Shown: one piece after another, positions 28,588 through 39,242 of the stretch
Position numbering within the stretch: the first letter of the stretch is position 1
Layout of the letters: each line of letters begins with the position of its first letter
DNA from: a virus
Lineage: Duplodnaviria > Caudoviricetes
Virus record (IMG/VR): IMGVR_UViG_3300021387_001066
Coordinates: 1 to 64,000 of that record
DNA: 64,000 bases
Direction: 5' to 3' (one strand)
Translations under genes and position numbers: made by a program
Notes under the pieces: generated by a model
What the model saw: only the letters and a program-made list of their open reading frames with translations
Told to the model about the DNA's origin: nothing
The model's database searches: none

Positions 28588-29272
28588 TGGCACATATACA
28601 CCACTTGCGAATAGTTATATAATGGACTTGATAGATACTAAAGTCCATGATTTAGGGCTGACTGTCAAGAATGAAAATTATAAGGTTACTACTACTCAAG
28701 ACGGGCTTATCAAAGGTGTTATTGGAGAGTATAACATTATAGCAGATGATGGTGAGTTTGGGCAGAAAGTGATGTTCAGAAACTCCTATGACAAGTCAAT
28801 GAGTTTTGCTTTTGTGGCAGGCACAATCGTTTGGGTGTGTACAAATGGCTGTGTATCAGGTGATTACCAATATAAGAGAATTCATAAAGGTACTTTTGAG
28901 GATGGCGTAAGCTCCACTGAAGTTGATGTCATTGAGAATATTGAAGGTGGATTCAATATGCTTCAGAAGGCATTTGAGCACAATGTAGGGCAGCTCAATG
29001 AGCTTAAGAAGGTAGAGATAGGCCCTGAGGATGCATTCAAGCTGCTTGGTGAATTATTCTTCATGAGAAAGGTAATAACGATTACTCAGATGGCAGTAAT
29101 CAAGAAAGAGTTTGATGGGAGTAAGAACTTTAGGCATATAGATGACCCTCACTTCAGGGCATTTGACCTATATAATCATATCACAGAGGCTCTGAAGCTT
29201 TCTCATCCAGCAAGCTACATTAATGACCATATAACCACTCACAGCTTATTTGAACAAACATTTCAGTTATGA
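28523..29272 (+). CDS. DUF932/DUF945-like protein
   Basis: FRNSYDKSMSF, VWVCTNG, RIHKG, FDLYNHITE. Confidence 0.7.
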   Translation: MKALIKAKREDVYNAPIIPWNNGTYTPLANSYIMDLIDTKVHDLGLTVKNENYKVTTTQDGLIKGVIGEYNIIADDGEFGQKVMFRNSYDKSMSFAFVAGTIVWVCTNGCVSGDYQYKRIHKGTFEDGVSSTEVDVIENIEGGFNMLQKAFEHNVGQLNELKKVEIGPEDAFKLLGELFFMRKVITITQMAVIKKEFDGSKNFRHIDDPHFRAFDLYNHITEALKLSHPASYINDHITTHSLFEQTFQL

Positions 29273-29325
29273 GAGATATAAAGTAAATTAAAGATATTGG
29301 CAAGTTGAAATAATTATTTTAAACT

Positions 29326-29610
29326 ATGTATACAGTAGAGATAAGACATCACTGTAAGACTTATACAAATGGTGATGCAGATTCAGAATTTAAGCTTATA
29401 GGGTCAAAGAATTTCAAGACCAGAACAGCTGGTAAGGAGTACATTGAAAATAAACTTAAATATAAAGATAATGTAAGAAAGAAATGGCATAAAGGTGATG
29501 AGCCTAGCTATTGCTATTGGTTTACTGGAAACACTTGGCACAATGAGTGTACTGGTGAGATGGAAGATGAATACTATCAGTACAAACTAATGAAAACTAA
29601 GATAAACTAA
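29326..29610 (+). CDS. hypothetical protein
   Basis: ORF track. Confidence 0.6.
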   Translation: MYTVEIRHHCKTYTNGDADSEFKLIGSKNFKTRTAGKEYIENKLKYKDNVRKKWHKGDEPSYCYWFTGNTWHNECTGEMEDEYYQYKLMKTKIN

Positions 29611-29635
29611 ACTATTAATTTAAAATCAAAATTAT

Positions 29636-29800
29636 ATGTCACAACAAGCATTAAATTCAATTGAATTGTACAGAGGTAATAATCCTAGTACTATTGAGAA
29701 GGCGTTGTCTTTTCAGAAGAAGAGTGTAGTAGATGAACTGAAGGCACATTTTGGTGCAAGTGACAATCATGAGCTTGCTATCAAACTTTCAATGGCATGA
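29636..29800 (+). CDS. small hypothetical protein (54 aa)
   Basis: strong AT-rich leader; ATGA overlap with the next gene. Confidence 0.55.
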   Translation: MSQQALNSIELYRGNNPSTIEKALSFQKKSVVDELKAHFGASDNHELAIKLSMA

Positions 29801-30039
29801 AAATAGGGGGCACAATTACAGTGGAGGAACTTATTGAAGAGTTGAAAAAGTTTCCTGAAGATTTAGAAGTCTTAATGGCTATAAATGAAAGTTCTGGGTT
29901 CCCTGATGATCACATAGAAACATACCCCATAGAGGGTGTTTTTAGTGCAAATGTCAATGAGCCAAGCAATCCTCCATTTGAATGGTGGTATAAGATTGAA
30001 AGCAGCGATGATAAAGTGCTGCTGTATGTATTTCCTTAA
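29797..30039 (+). CDS. hypothetical protein
   Basis: TVEELIEELKKFPEDLEV, a recurrent small phage protein pattern. Confidence 0.6.
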   Translation: MKIGGTITVEELIEELKKFPEDLEVLMAINESSGFPDDHIETYPIEGVFSANVNEPSNPPFEWWYKIESSDDKVLLYVFP

Positions 30040-30052
30040 TAATTTTGGTACT

Positions 30053-30637
30053 ATGACTATTCATAAAAAAGCAACTAAAGTCCTCTATAAGGAAGCAAGA
30101 GAGAGTGAAATGAAAGAACTTATTGAGGCTATACAGTATGTCGGAGGAGAGATAAACTTCACAGACTTTAATGCAGATGAACTTCCATCCATTCTATATT
30201 ACTTTCAAAGGCAAAAGAAAGCTGCCTATGTAGATGTGCTGAAAGTATCCTATGATACAGAACTTCACATAACTGTAATGTTACCTGCAGAACCTGCACC
30301 TTTTGAGTGTAATATGGATGATATTCTTATGGGTCAGTTCTCTATTATTACAGAAGCTATTGATGTTTGTGGGGTATTCTTTAATTATACAAGTCATCAA
30401 GATTTACGTGAGGAATCTCTGATTATGTTATCTGCAGATCTCTACAAGACTATCTACAAGAGGTGTGGTAACTATGGAGATACATGTAATGAGCTCTCAA
30501 GAATTGCCAGTGAGTTTGAAAGAGATCTTAACTGGCAGGAAGATGACCAGAGAGATTATATAGAAGAACTTGAAAAGTTTGAAAAGGAATATCTTAGTTC
30601 TTTAGACAAGCCTATAATTAGAATAATGGGAGAGTAA
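30053..30637 (+). CDS. hypothetical protein
   Basis: in-frame ATG at 30053. Confidence 0.65.
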   Translation: MTIHKKATKVLYKEARESEMKELIEAIQYVGGEINFTDFNADELPSILYYFQRQKKAAYVDVLKVSYDTELHITVMLPAEPAPFECNMDDILMGQFSIITEAIDVCGVFFNYTSHQDLREESLIMLSADLYKTIYKRCGNYGDTCNELSRIASEFERDLNWQEDDQRDYIEELEKFEKEYLSSLDKPIIRIMGE

Positions 30638-30643
30638 TGAAGT

Positions 30644-30680
30644 AGGGGAGCAGTTAATAGCTGTTCCCCTTTCTTTTTTC
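30644..30680 (+). terminator. intrinsic terminator ending the replication module
   Basis: GGGGAGCAG-TTAATAG-CTGTTCCCC then TTTCTTTTTT. Confidence 0.8.
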
Positions 30681-30722
30681 TAATGAATGTGCTTAATAAG
30701 ATAAAGGTTTTGCTTAAATGTT

Positions 30723-30753
30723 TTTGATGCCTGTTGTAAAGGCACTATATTTG
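30723..30753 (+). promoter_or_regulatory. complete Bacteroidota sigma-A promoter for the virion RNAP gene
   Basis: TTTG (30723-26), 19-nt spacer, TATATTTG (30746-53). Confidence 0.75.
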
Positions 30754-30780
30754 TACAAATAATGATATAAATAATAACTT

Positions 30781-33700
30781 ATGGTATATCCCAAGTGCTA
30801 CATAGTTAATAAGAATATAGATGGTTATCTTGCTTCTAAATTTGGCTGGAAGGCTGAAATGGGAAGTAAAGGATTGAATCCAATGAAGATTGCTTCTCTT
30901 AGAGGTCTTTATGATCAGGCTGCAGAAGAGAATAAAACAGCAGAACTTCTTCCTGATAACCCTACACAGGCAGATCTTGATGAAGCCTTTGAGAAACTGA
31001 AGAAATTCAGAGCAGGCATTAGAGAAGTGCATAGAGCTAAGATGTCTAAGGGAACAAGACGTATTGACAGAGCCTATGATGCTTTAAGACATGCGTATTC
31101 ACTACATGAAAGAAAGAGTAGAATCAGTCTTCTGTCTAACTTGTTCTCCTCTGAGGTAGATAGGCTTATGGAAGGAGGCAAAGCTGATAGGCAAAGCTTT
31201 GTCAATGGTTTCGCTGCTTCTGATGGTAAATATTATGGAGGTGAGTTCTCTATTTTGGAAGGTGTCTATAACAACATACACCAGATTAGGGCTAATTACT
31301 ATAGGCACATGAGGAATCCTGAAGAAGGCTTCAAAGCCTATCAGAAAAATAAGAAGCTTGATTTCCAAGGTGCTCCTACTAATGCTCAGGAATTTAAGGA
31401 AATGTGTGAGCATAGGTTCAATGAATACACTAAGATTCTTGAGAATTGGAATGAGCTTGTTCCTTTTGTACTAAAAGACCTGGTAAAAAAGGAAGGGGTG
31501 AAGTTGGGTATTAAAACTGAATATGCTGCAGTAGCTTCTTCTGATAACTTTGGAGACAATGACATTGCTGCCAAGTGGGATTTATCTGAGTCTAAGCGTG
31601 ATGGATGGCAGGAAAACTCAGACCTTCAGAGTGCATTTGGTTCTGTTGGTCAACAAGTCAGAAGAATCCTTGCTACGGTTCCTCAGATTGAAAGTATTCC
31701 ACAATATGTAGAAAAGACAGACGGACTTGGCAATAAGGTTACAGTCTATGCTGGTTTAAAGCAGGTTCCTGTAGTAGATGACCTGGGTAATCCTCAGTTC
31801 ATGGATGCTACAAAGACTCATCAGGCTCTTATGGAATATCTGAAAGGTGTTCAGGATTCTGAAGATATGATGAGAAGGCTCTGTAGAGACGGTGAACTTG
31901 GAAAAGGTGTAGCTAAAATTCCTTGGATGCAACCTATTGTAGATGTTCTTATGAGTAATCCTCAGGCTAGAACCCAATTCTTCTGTGACTTCAAGAAGAA
32001 CTTCCAGCCATATTCTATAATGTGGGAAGAAGAAAGTGAGAACAGCTTTATAAAGAAGTGGAAGACAAAGATACTTAATAAGCCTGCTAACATGCTTAAA
32101 GGTAAGTATGAAATGCTGATGTCTTCTAAAGGTAACTTTCCTATTAACGTAAAAATGTGGGGGTACACGCCTGTCTTTGATGAAGTCACTAAGGAAATTA
32201 ATTGGCAAAGACTTGCAGAACTTAGAAAGACTGTTTTAGCTTGGACTCATGAAGAAATAGCTCCTGTAGAAAATGAACAGGCAGGAGATATCCGTACTCA
32301 ACAGCCAAGATATGCTTCTTCTACAGCTGCTCCTCTTATTAACACAGGAACTAATACCTTTATTACTATAAACGGTAAGTCTCAAAGGGTTACTGCTGAT
32401 CTTAGAAGAGATTTTCTTACAGAAGTGTTTACATCTCTTGGATATGATGTTACAATGGATGCCATTGACAGTATCATTCACTCAAGAGATATCTATACTG
32501 TAAGGGAACAGTTAGAACAACTCTTTAATCCTGATAATCAATATACTGGTTTTCTCTATGCTGCTGGTGTACAGACTCTTGGAGATACCAATGTTAGGAA
32601 GCTTCAAGAAAAACACATGAAATTCAGAAGTTTGTACAGCACAAGTAAGGGAGAAAACGGTCAGCCTGTGAAAGAACATTCAGAAAAACTGCTTGATATT
32701 ATAAGCAAACATCAAGAAGGATATAGGGTAGAGTCAAGAGCTAGATACCAAGGTAATACAATGTATTCCTTTGTAGCACCTTCTTATCTTGGTGACAGGT
32801 TAGAGACTATCCAGAACTTTGTAGAAGCTGACAATAAAGAAGGACTTCTGCAGTTCTTGAAAGAGGAATATCTTAATAGTCCATTCTTTGTTGATGATGA
32901 ATATCTGTCAACTGAAGGTAAGTCTGGCAAAATTCTTAATACTTGGCTTGCTGATATTGTAGAGGCTTGTAAGGATAATAAAACTCCGCTTCAAGAATCT
33001 GTAGCTGCTATCTTTAACTATGAGAGAGATCTTGGTAGAGAGGATAAGAAGTTTGAGGACTTTACAGCTAGAGAGCATGGTGTAGATATGCTGATTCACT
33101 TCTTTGCTGATGAACAGCAGAAGAAAGGTTATGGAGGCAAGGGAACAAGAGATATAAATAAGAAGCTCTCTGCCATGTATCCAGTGTTTATTCTTGGTGA
33201 TGCTGGTGTGAGTAAGTATATTAGGGCTCCTAGAATATCTTCTGCAGTAAGGGTAAATAAAGAAGGGAATGTTCTTGATGAAGCTGATGCTAAGTATACT
33301 GCAAGAATTGAATACAGATTTGATGATGCAGCACAGGATAGAGTTCTCGAAGGTCTGTATAATATATATATGCAGGAAAGAAGAAGAATGGCTATTGATG
33401 AAGCTATGGCGTATAAGATGTATGCTAATGGCAAAGAAGTCAAGCATCCAAAAGGTGAGTTCTCCATTCTTACTTTCCTAAATCCAGACTCTCAGGAATA
33501 TAAGGAAGAATATGCCATTTCAGAAGATAAGAAGGATGACAAGGATACAGTTAAGGCTGCTATCCGTAAGTACATGGATGATGCTACTAAGACATTCAAG
33601 GACAGACTGGATACCCTTGGTGTATTAGAGACAGCAAGTCAAGGTAAGAATCAGGTATATAAGAACATCAATTCTATTGCTACTCCTGAGAACATTGATA

Positions 33701-36700
33701 CCAAGATTCAGGAATTCTTCTGGAATACCAAACTAGCTACAGCCCAGCAGTTACAGCTGATGACCATTGATCCATCATTCTATCATGGTACTAAAGACCT
33801 TCAGAAGCGTTATAAGGAAATTCATGCTCCTGGTAATGTATTGGATTTGATGGCTAGAGACTTTGATGGCAATCTCTATTCTCCAGATGGTATTGAAAGG
33901 GTTGTTTACTTCAGAGACCTTTCAATCAATGCTGAGCAATTCAACCCAGAGTTTATGGCAGTTGTCCTTAGGACATTTGCACAAGAAGGGAAAGAGAAGG
34001 AGGTGGAGGAGGCCATTAAAGATGGTATTATTCAACCAAAATCAGGAGCAGAAGAAACAGCAAGACAGAATAGACTTGCTGACTTACTTGGCAATAACTA
34101 TGGTATCTATAGGTCTTATACAGGTAATACTCTTACTGATGGTCAAGGATACAGGACTCTTACCTCTTATAGAAGGGTAAAAGGTATGGCTGGTCAATGG
34201 ACTGAACAAATGGAGAATGCTTATAAGGCTATTATGCAGATAAGAAAGAATCATGAAGTCAGGGATGCATCGGGTAAAGTTGTTGACTATACTGAAGCAA
34301 CTCCTGAGGAGCTTAAGCAGATTGCAAGCTTTGCCTTGGTTCTTCAGCCTATTAAGCCTTACTTGTTTACCCATGAGAAGTATCCTATTGAGATTGCCAA
34401 GAAAGACAAGAATGGTAATGTTGTAAAAGGTGCTGACGGTAAGCCTGTAATGATTAAGACTTACAAGTACATTCCTGTACAGCATAAGTATGCAGAAGCT
34501 CTTATTATTCCTGAATTAATGCCAAAGGGACACAAGCTTCGTGACTTAGGCTTCTGGATGGATAAGCATAACATTGATATGGTTGGCTCCGATAAGATTG
34601 CTAAGGTAGGTTGTTTTGGTCAGGCAGATTTAAGCAATATTGGGAATAAAACCAACCTTGAAACAGCTATGGGTGCTGGTTATATTCATGAATTGCCTTA
34701 TAAGGACTATAGGATTCAGACTAATGTTCCAGAACATATCAATGCTTCTCAGCTCTTTGGTACTCAGGTAAGAAAACTTATTATGTCTGGACTTGATATG
34801 GATGGAGCTGCTCAGTTTTATGCTGACTTGCTTGGTATAGATCGTGTAAACCTCAGTACTTCTAAAGATGGCAATGACAACAATGCCAATGCATCACTTA
34901 ACGGAAGAAACCTGTTGGCACTCTACAACTCACTTATTTGTGCTAATATCTTTGATTCTTACGATAAGTTTGCAAAAAATGCTGGAGATATACAAGAGCT
35001 TGCTAATCTTCTACAGCAGTCTACAGTAGGCTCTATGAGAGAAGCTATGGATAATCTGTTCTCTTATGTAGTTACAGGCAGTGAGGCAGACTTGCAGAAG
35101 TTCATGATTCCTTTGTTTGAAGGGGGCTTAGAGCATGATTCAGCAGCTTTGATACTTTCTACATTCAAGAAGATTGTAAACAAGCAACAGATATCTGGTG
35201 GTTCTGCAGTACAGGTAAGTGCCTTTGGTATCAATGGGTATGATGAAGACGGTGGTCTGAGGTTTGTTACAGACCAAGACAACAATAAGAATATCCTATA
35301 TGCTGAGATTGAGATGCCTTTCGATAAGTCCTTCATGGTAGATGTAAGGAATGCTGATGGCTCTGTCACTAAACAGCCTGTAAGTCTTGACTATGACAAG
35401 TATTGCAATATGGATGGTACCTTGATTCCTACAGGAGAAGCCTTAAAGAAAGGCACTAAGGAATGGAAGAAGTATCAATCCTATACTTATAAGAAAGTAG
35501 ATGGCAAGCTTATTCCTTGTAGGCATGATGACCCTCAGGCAGAAGTCTATAAGCCACTTATTGAAGCTGAGTATCCTGATATACTTAGTATTCTTGCTTA
35601 TCGTATTCCTACTGAGAGGGATTACTCTATGATTAACTGTCAGATTAAGAGGTTTACATCTAAGGTTGCTGGTGGTACAATTAAGGTTCCACCACAGGGC
35701 ACTACTATTGCAGGTTTTGACTTTGATATTGATAAGTTGTATTTCATGCAGCGTGAATATCATAAGCACTACAAGAATGAAGCTTATGTAGAAAGTAATT
35801 TCTCAGAGTCAGATGTATATGCTGTTTGGAACGCTATCTATCAGAATAATCCAGAAATCAGTGCTGCCCTTGACAATGCTCAAAGTGAAGCAATGACAAG
35901 AGATCCTGAGAATCATACAAGAACCTTGAAGAGTGGTAGAATTCTTCCTAAGAATCCTAAACATTCATACTGGGAAGATGCTAAGATTGAAGAGAAGTTC
36001 GGTAAGAAAAAAGGTGAACTCTTTGCGGATGCTGCTAAGCAAATAGGTGTCAAACCTGTTACTAAGGATAATAGTGAAACTGTAGAGTGGTTAGAAGAAT
36101 ACGATTTCAATAAAGCTCCTGAGGAGAATACAAGGGCTGCAAGGAACAATCTTCTCATTACTCTTATTCAGGCTAGATTGATGGATCCTCAGACTGTCAA
36201 GCAGCGTTATACTCCTGGTGGATTTGACAATGCTTCCAAAGCAGCAAGAATGATGAGGGAACTCTTTCATGGAGATTTGGAACATGTAAAAGCTGCTATT
36301 CAAAATGATACGCTTGATACTGTAGCAAATGGAAGAAAGGACCCAGAGCCAAATTATGATCCTACTGACCCATATACCATATTGATATATAATCAGCAGA
36401 ATCAGGTAGCAGGTAAGCTTATTGGTATCTTCGCTAATCAGAATACCAATCATGCCTTTGCCTCAGCTATGGATGAGTTTGAGCTTTATGAGCCTATATC
36501 ATTTGCAGGACACTCTTTCAGGGACTTGCTTCATAAGAATTCTGAAGATGCAGCACAGATAGACCTTAATATGGCTGAGTTCCTTGCAGCTTCTGTAGAT
36601 GCTGTGAAGGACCCTGTACTTAACTTCCTTAATCTGAATACTATTACTGCTGATGCAGGTGCATTGCTTGCAAGAATTGGCTATAATACCAAGGAGATAG

Positions 36701-39216
36701 GTCTGCTATTTAATCAACCTATTATTCGTAAGATATGTGTAGACTCTTTTAATAATGGCAGTAACATTAACTCAGTAATTGACGATGCTAAGAAGATGCT
36801 TCTTGGATATCTTACAGGCATTAATGTCCATAACAAGGTAAACATTGGCATAAATGATTTAGCTCTTGGTATTGTAAATGAGCGTGAAATGCTTGAGAAT
36901 GGCAAGACTCAAGATGATTTCTTTAAGGATAACGCAAGAATGCAGTATGCTGTACTTGAATTATTCAGCAATATTCTTAAGGCATCCAGTGATGTATCTG
37001 ACTTTATACTTAATACCAAGTTTACTGCATCAAACGCTGTAAGTTCTAGTTTTGGCGGAATGTATGCCCAGCAGATGAGAGTAAGCACTTATGTAGACAA
37101 ATTCCCAAAAACTGAAAAGGATAAAGGCTTTCTTAGCTATAAGGTGACTGTTGTTAAAGGTGCTCAGCAAGTAGGACTTATGAGTAAGCCTATTGACAAT
37201 AGTGATGGTTTGATATTACAGCCAGGTGAGAAGATTTCTGACTACAAGAAAAGGTATCTGCATTATGTAAGATTCAATCCATTTGCCTATGAGCAAGCTA
37301 TGTATGATGCCAATAGAAATGCTATCAAGCTTTTGTCAAGATATTATCCTTATGAGACTAAAATGTATACTGAGGTCAGGGATAGAATGAACAGACTATC
37401 ATGGTTTGGTACACTTTCTGAAGACGATATCAATGATATCCATAGTAATATTCCAGTAGCTTTGCTTGCACGTCAGGAGCATTCAGACTTTAATGGTGAA
37501 GCAGAGCATATTAAGGAAGATGGAACCAGAACAGGTATGACCAACAGAGACTACTATAGAAACAAGTTTGCAGAGGACTTGATGGGAATGCTTGCTGCAG
37601 ATCCAGATGTCTTGGGTAAACTTGAGATATTCAAGTATCTTAGTCCTGAGTCTGTTGAAGTGGCTACTAAGGATGAAAATGGCCTTGAAATAAAGACTGA
37701 AGCATGGAGAATACAGATGCAGGACATAGGTGGTATGGATGCTGATGTCAAAGAAGCTATTCGTGAAAGTTGGGCATACCTTATGGAAGTACAGGATGAT
37801 GGTTACTTTGACAATCAGGATTATGCTGAACTTGGAAGGGATCTCTTCATGTATTGTTTCTATCAGCTTGGCTTTGATTTCAGTCCTCTGTCATTCATGC
37901 ATCTTGCTCCTACGGCAGTAAAGGATAACATTATTGTACAGAGAAGTAACAGCCTTCCATTGAAGGATTGGTCAGCTGACGGAGGTAACATTTTACCTGA
38001 TACTGATGATGTTCTTGTATGGTCAGCCAATGTACCAGGTAGCTTTGAGAAAGCTTCAGAATTTGGTGCAGATAGGTCTGTTATAGGCAGAATCAGTGGT
38101 GATGCTTATCAGCTTCCAGAAAAGTTAGATCAGTATGCAGATATCCAAGATTTGATACATGAGGCTAAGAGCCATCCAGAACTGAAGTTCAAGATTGACA
38201 GAGACCTTACCAGAGAGGAATTCCAGATGTTTGTGGACCTTAAGGAGGATGTTCCTGCTAATATCTACTTCTCTTCTCAAACTCTTGAGAATGCAGGTGA
38301 TTTGAAGAGTAAGTTGTCTTATGGCAAGAGCAGGACTTATAGACAGTTCCTTTATGAAATACTTGATGAGACAGGCAGTCAGCTAAATGTTGAGGAATTT
38401 GCCCAGATGTTTATTCTTAACCATTTGGATAATGCAAGGTATGTTCTTGATATTAGCAAAAGTAATAAGAGACTTAGGGAAATTGTTAAAGAGCAGGCTG
38501 GACAATTAAAGGATGGCTTTAAGTTTAAGGATAGAATTACCATAGATATCAGTAAGTACACCAATGACCAAGATGCTGAGTCCCTAAAGAATCTTGTAAA
38601 GGTAAAAATGCAAGATAATACTATTACTCAAATAGAGTGGAGGCCGTGTATTGTCATTGATGGTTCTTACTATATGGCAGAAAGCAATACTGATTTGGGC
38701 TTTAATATTACAGGAAAGGGCACTGCAAAAATTTCTTACCGTAAGGTAGTGCCTTGGGGTTCTTCTAAGACTATTAGATATGATGGTAATGAAGAGCTTA
38801 AGCCTACAATGAGATATCAGGCTTCTATGAATGCCATACCTCAGATAGCTCCTATTGTTAAACAGCCTCAGGCTCCTGTACAGCAGGCTCCTTCTACTCC
38901 AGAAGCTCCTCAGGACAATGTCCCAACAGGAGACAATGGAGCACCTGAACCTGTTGTAGAGCAGAGTAATGGTAGTGCTACTGGTATTGATGCCATGAGA
39001 CAGCTTGCTGAAGATTATATTTTCAAAGAGATGGTAAATGCCATAGAAGCTAAGTTTGGTCCAATGTTGGCAGAAGACAAACAAGGTATGAGAGATACAT
39101 TGTCTAAAAGCAGTATGCAAGACCTTAATGATACTGTAGCTACTATCAGAAAGGCTTGTAGGGAGAATGGGGTCATGATGCTTGATGACAATGGTAATCC
39201 TATGATGGGATGTTAA
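30781..39216 (+). CDS. crAss-like virion DNA-dependent RNA polymerase (single chain, phi14:2 gp66-like)
   Basis: catalytic GFDFDIDK at about 35713-35736; TDGQGY and YRIPT motifs; 2811 aa. Confidence 0.9.
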   Translation: MVYPKCYIVNKNIDGYLASKFGWKAEMGSKGLNPMKIASLRGLYDQAAEENKTAELLPDNPTQADLDEAFEKLKKFRAGIREVHRAKMSKGTRRIDRAYDALRHAYSLHERKSRISLLSNLFSSEVDRLMEGGKADRQSFVNGFAASDGKYYGGEFSILEGVYNNIHQIRANYYRHMRNPEEGFKAYQKNKKLDFQGAPTNAQEFKEMCEHRFNEYTKILENWNELVPFVLKDLVKKEGVKLGIKTEYAAVASSDNFGDNDIAAKWDLSESKRDGWQENSDLQSAFGSVGQQVRRILATVPQIESIPQYVEKTDGLGNKVTVYAGLKQVPVVDDLGNPQFMDATKTHQALMEYLKGVQDSEDMMRRLCRDGELGKGVAKIPWMQPIVDVLMSNPQARTQFFCDFKKNFQPYSIMWEEESENSFIKKWKTKILNKPANMLKGKYEMLMSSKGNFPINVKMWGYTPVFDEVTKEINWQRLAELRKTVLAWTHEEIAPVENEQAGDIRTQQPRYASSTAAPLINTGTNTFITINGKSQRVTADLRRDFLTEVFTSLGYDVTMDAIDSIIHSRDIYTVREQLEQLFNPDNQYTGFLYAAGVQTLGDTNVRKLQEKHMKFRSLYSTSKGENGQPVKEHSEKLLDIISKHQEGYRVESRARYQGNTMYSFVAPSYLGDRLETIQNFVEADNKEGLLQFLKEEYLNSPFFVDDEYLSTEGKSGKILNTWLADIVEACKDNKTPLQESVAAIFNYERDLGREDKKFEDFTAREHGVDMLIHFFADEQQKKGYGGKGTRDINKKLSAMYPVFILGDAGVSKYIRAPRISSAVRVNKEGNVLDEADAKYTARIEYRFDDAAQDRVLEGLYNIYMQERRRMAIDEAMAYKMYANGKEVKHPKGEFSILTFLNPDSQEYKEEYAISEDKKDDKDTVKAAIRKYMDDATKTFKDRLDTLGVLETASQGKNQVYKNINSIATPENIDTKIQEFFWNTKLATAQQLQLMTIDPSFYHGTKDLQKRYKEIHAPGNVLDLMARDFDGNLYSPDGIERVVYFRDLSINAEQFNPEFMAVVLRTFAQEGKEKEVEEAIKDGIIQPKSGAEETARQNRLADLLGNNYGIYRSYTGNTLTDGQGYRTLTSYRRVKGMAGQWTEQMENAYKAIMQIRKNHEVRDASGKVVDYTEATPEELKQIASFALVLQPIKPYLFTHEKYPIEIAKKDKNGNVVKGADGKPVMIKTYKYIPVQHKYAEALIIPELMPKGHKLRDLGFWMDKHNIDMVGSDKIAKVGCFGQADLSNIGNKTNLETAMGAGYIHELPYKDYRIQTNVPEHINASQLFGTQVRKLIMSGLDMDGAAQFYADLLGIDRVNLSTSKDGNDNNANASLNGRNLLALYNSLICANIFDSYDKFAKNAGDIQELANLLQQSTVGSMREAMDNLFSYVVTGSEADLQKFMIPLFEGGLEHDSAALILSTFKKIVNKQQISGGSAVQVSAFGINGYDEDGGLRFVTDQDNNKNILYAEIEMPFDKSFMVDVRNADGSVTKQPVSLDYDKYCNMDGTLIPTGEALKKGTKEWKKYQSYTYKKVDGKLIPCRHDDPQAEVYKPLIEAEYPDILSILAYRIPTERDYSMINCQIKRFTSKVAGGTIKVPPQGTTIAGFDFDIDKLYFMQREYHKHYKNEAYVESNFSESDVYAVWNAIYQNNPEISAALDNAQSEAMTRDPENHTRTLKSGRILPKNPKHSYWEDAKIEEKFGKKKGELFADAAKQIGVKPVTKDNSETVEWLEEYDFNKAPEENTRAARNNLLITLIQARLMDPQTVKQRYTPGGFDNASKAARMMRELFHGDLEHVKAAIQNDTLDTVANGRKDPEPNYDPTDPYTILIYNQQNQVAGKLIGIFANQNTNHAFASAMDEFELYEPISFAGHSFRDLLHKNSEDAAQIDLNMAEFLAASVDAVKDPVLNFLNLNTITADAGALLARIGYNTKEIGLLFNQPIIRKICVDSFNNGSNINSVIDDAKKMLLGYLTGINVHNKVNIGINDLALGIVNEREMLENGKTQDDFFKDNARMQYAVLELFSNILKASSDVSDFILNTKFTASNAVSSSFGGMYAQQMRVSTYVDKFPKTEKDKGFLSYKVTVVKGAQQVGLMSKPIDNSDGLILQPGEKISDYKKRYLHYVRFNPFAYEQAMYDANRNAIKLLSRYYPYETKMYTEVRDRMNRLSWFGTLSEDDINDIHSNIPVALLARQEHSDFNGEAEHIKEDGTRTGMTNRDYYRNKFAEDLMGMLAADPDVLGKLEIFKYLSPESVEVATKDENGLEIKTEAWRIQMQDIGGMDADVKEAIRESWAYLMEVQDDGYFDNQDYAELGRDLFMYCFYQLGFDFSPLSFMHLAPTAVKDNIIVQRSNSLPLKDWSADGGNILPDTDDVLVWSANVPGSFEKASEFGADRSVIGRISGDAYQLPEKLDQYADIQDLIHEAKSHPELKFKIDRDLTREEFQMFVDLKEDVPANIYFSSQTLENAGDLKSKLSYGKSRTYRQFLYEILDETGSQLNVEEFAQMFILNHLDNARYVLDISKSNKRLREIVKEQAGQLKDGFKFKDRITIDISKYTNDQDAESLKNLVKVKMQDNTITQIEWRPCIVIDGSYYMAESNTDLGFNITGKGTAKISYRKVVPWGSSKTIRYDGNEELKPTMRYQASMNAIPQIAPIVKQPQAPVQQAPSTPEAPQDNVPTGDNGAPEPVVEQSNGSATGIDAMRQLAEDYIFKEMVNAIEAKFGPMLAEDKQGMRDTLSKSSMQDLNDTVATIRKACRENGVMMLDDNGNPMMGC

Positions 39217-39242
39217 TTAGGTAATGTTTAAATATTAGGATA

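Noticed and set aside
22370-39216. Inteins or introns in PolA or RNAP
   Set aside because: No splice-junction or homing-endonuclease motifs seen; both frames are continuous.
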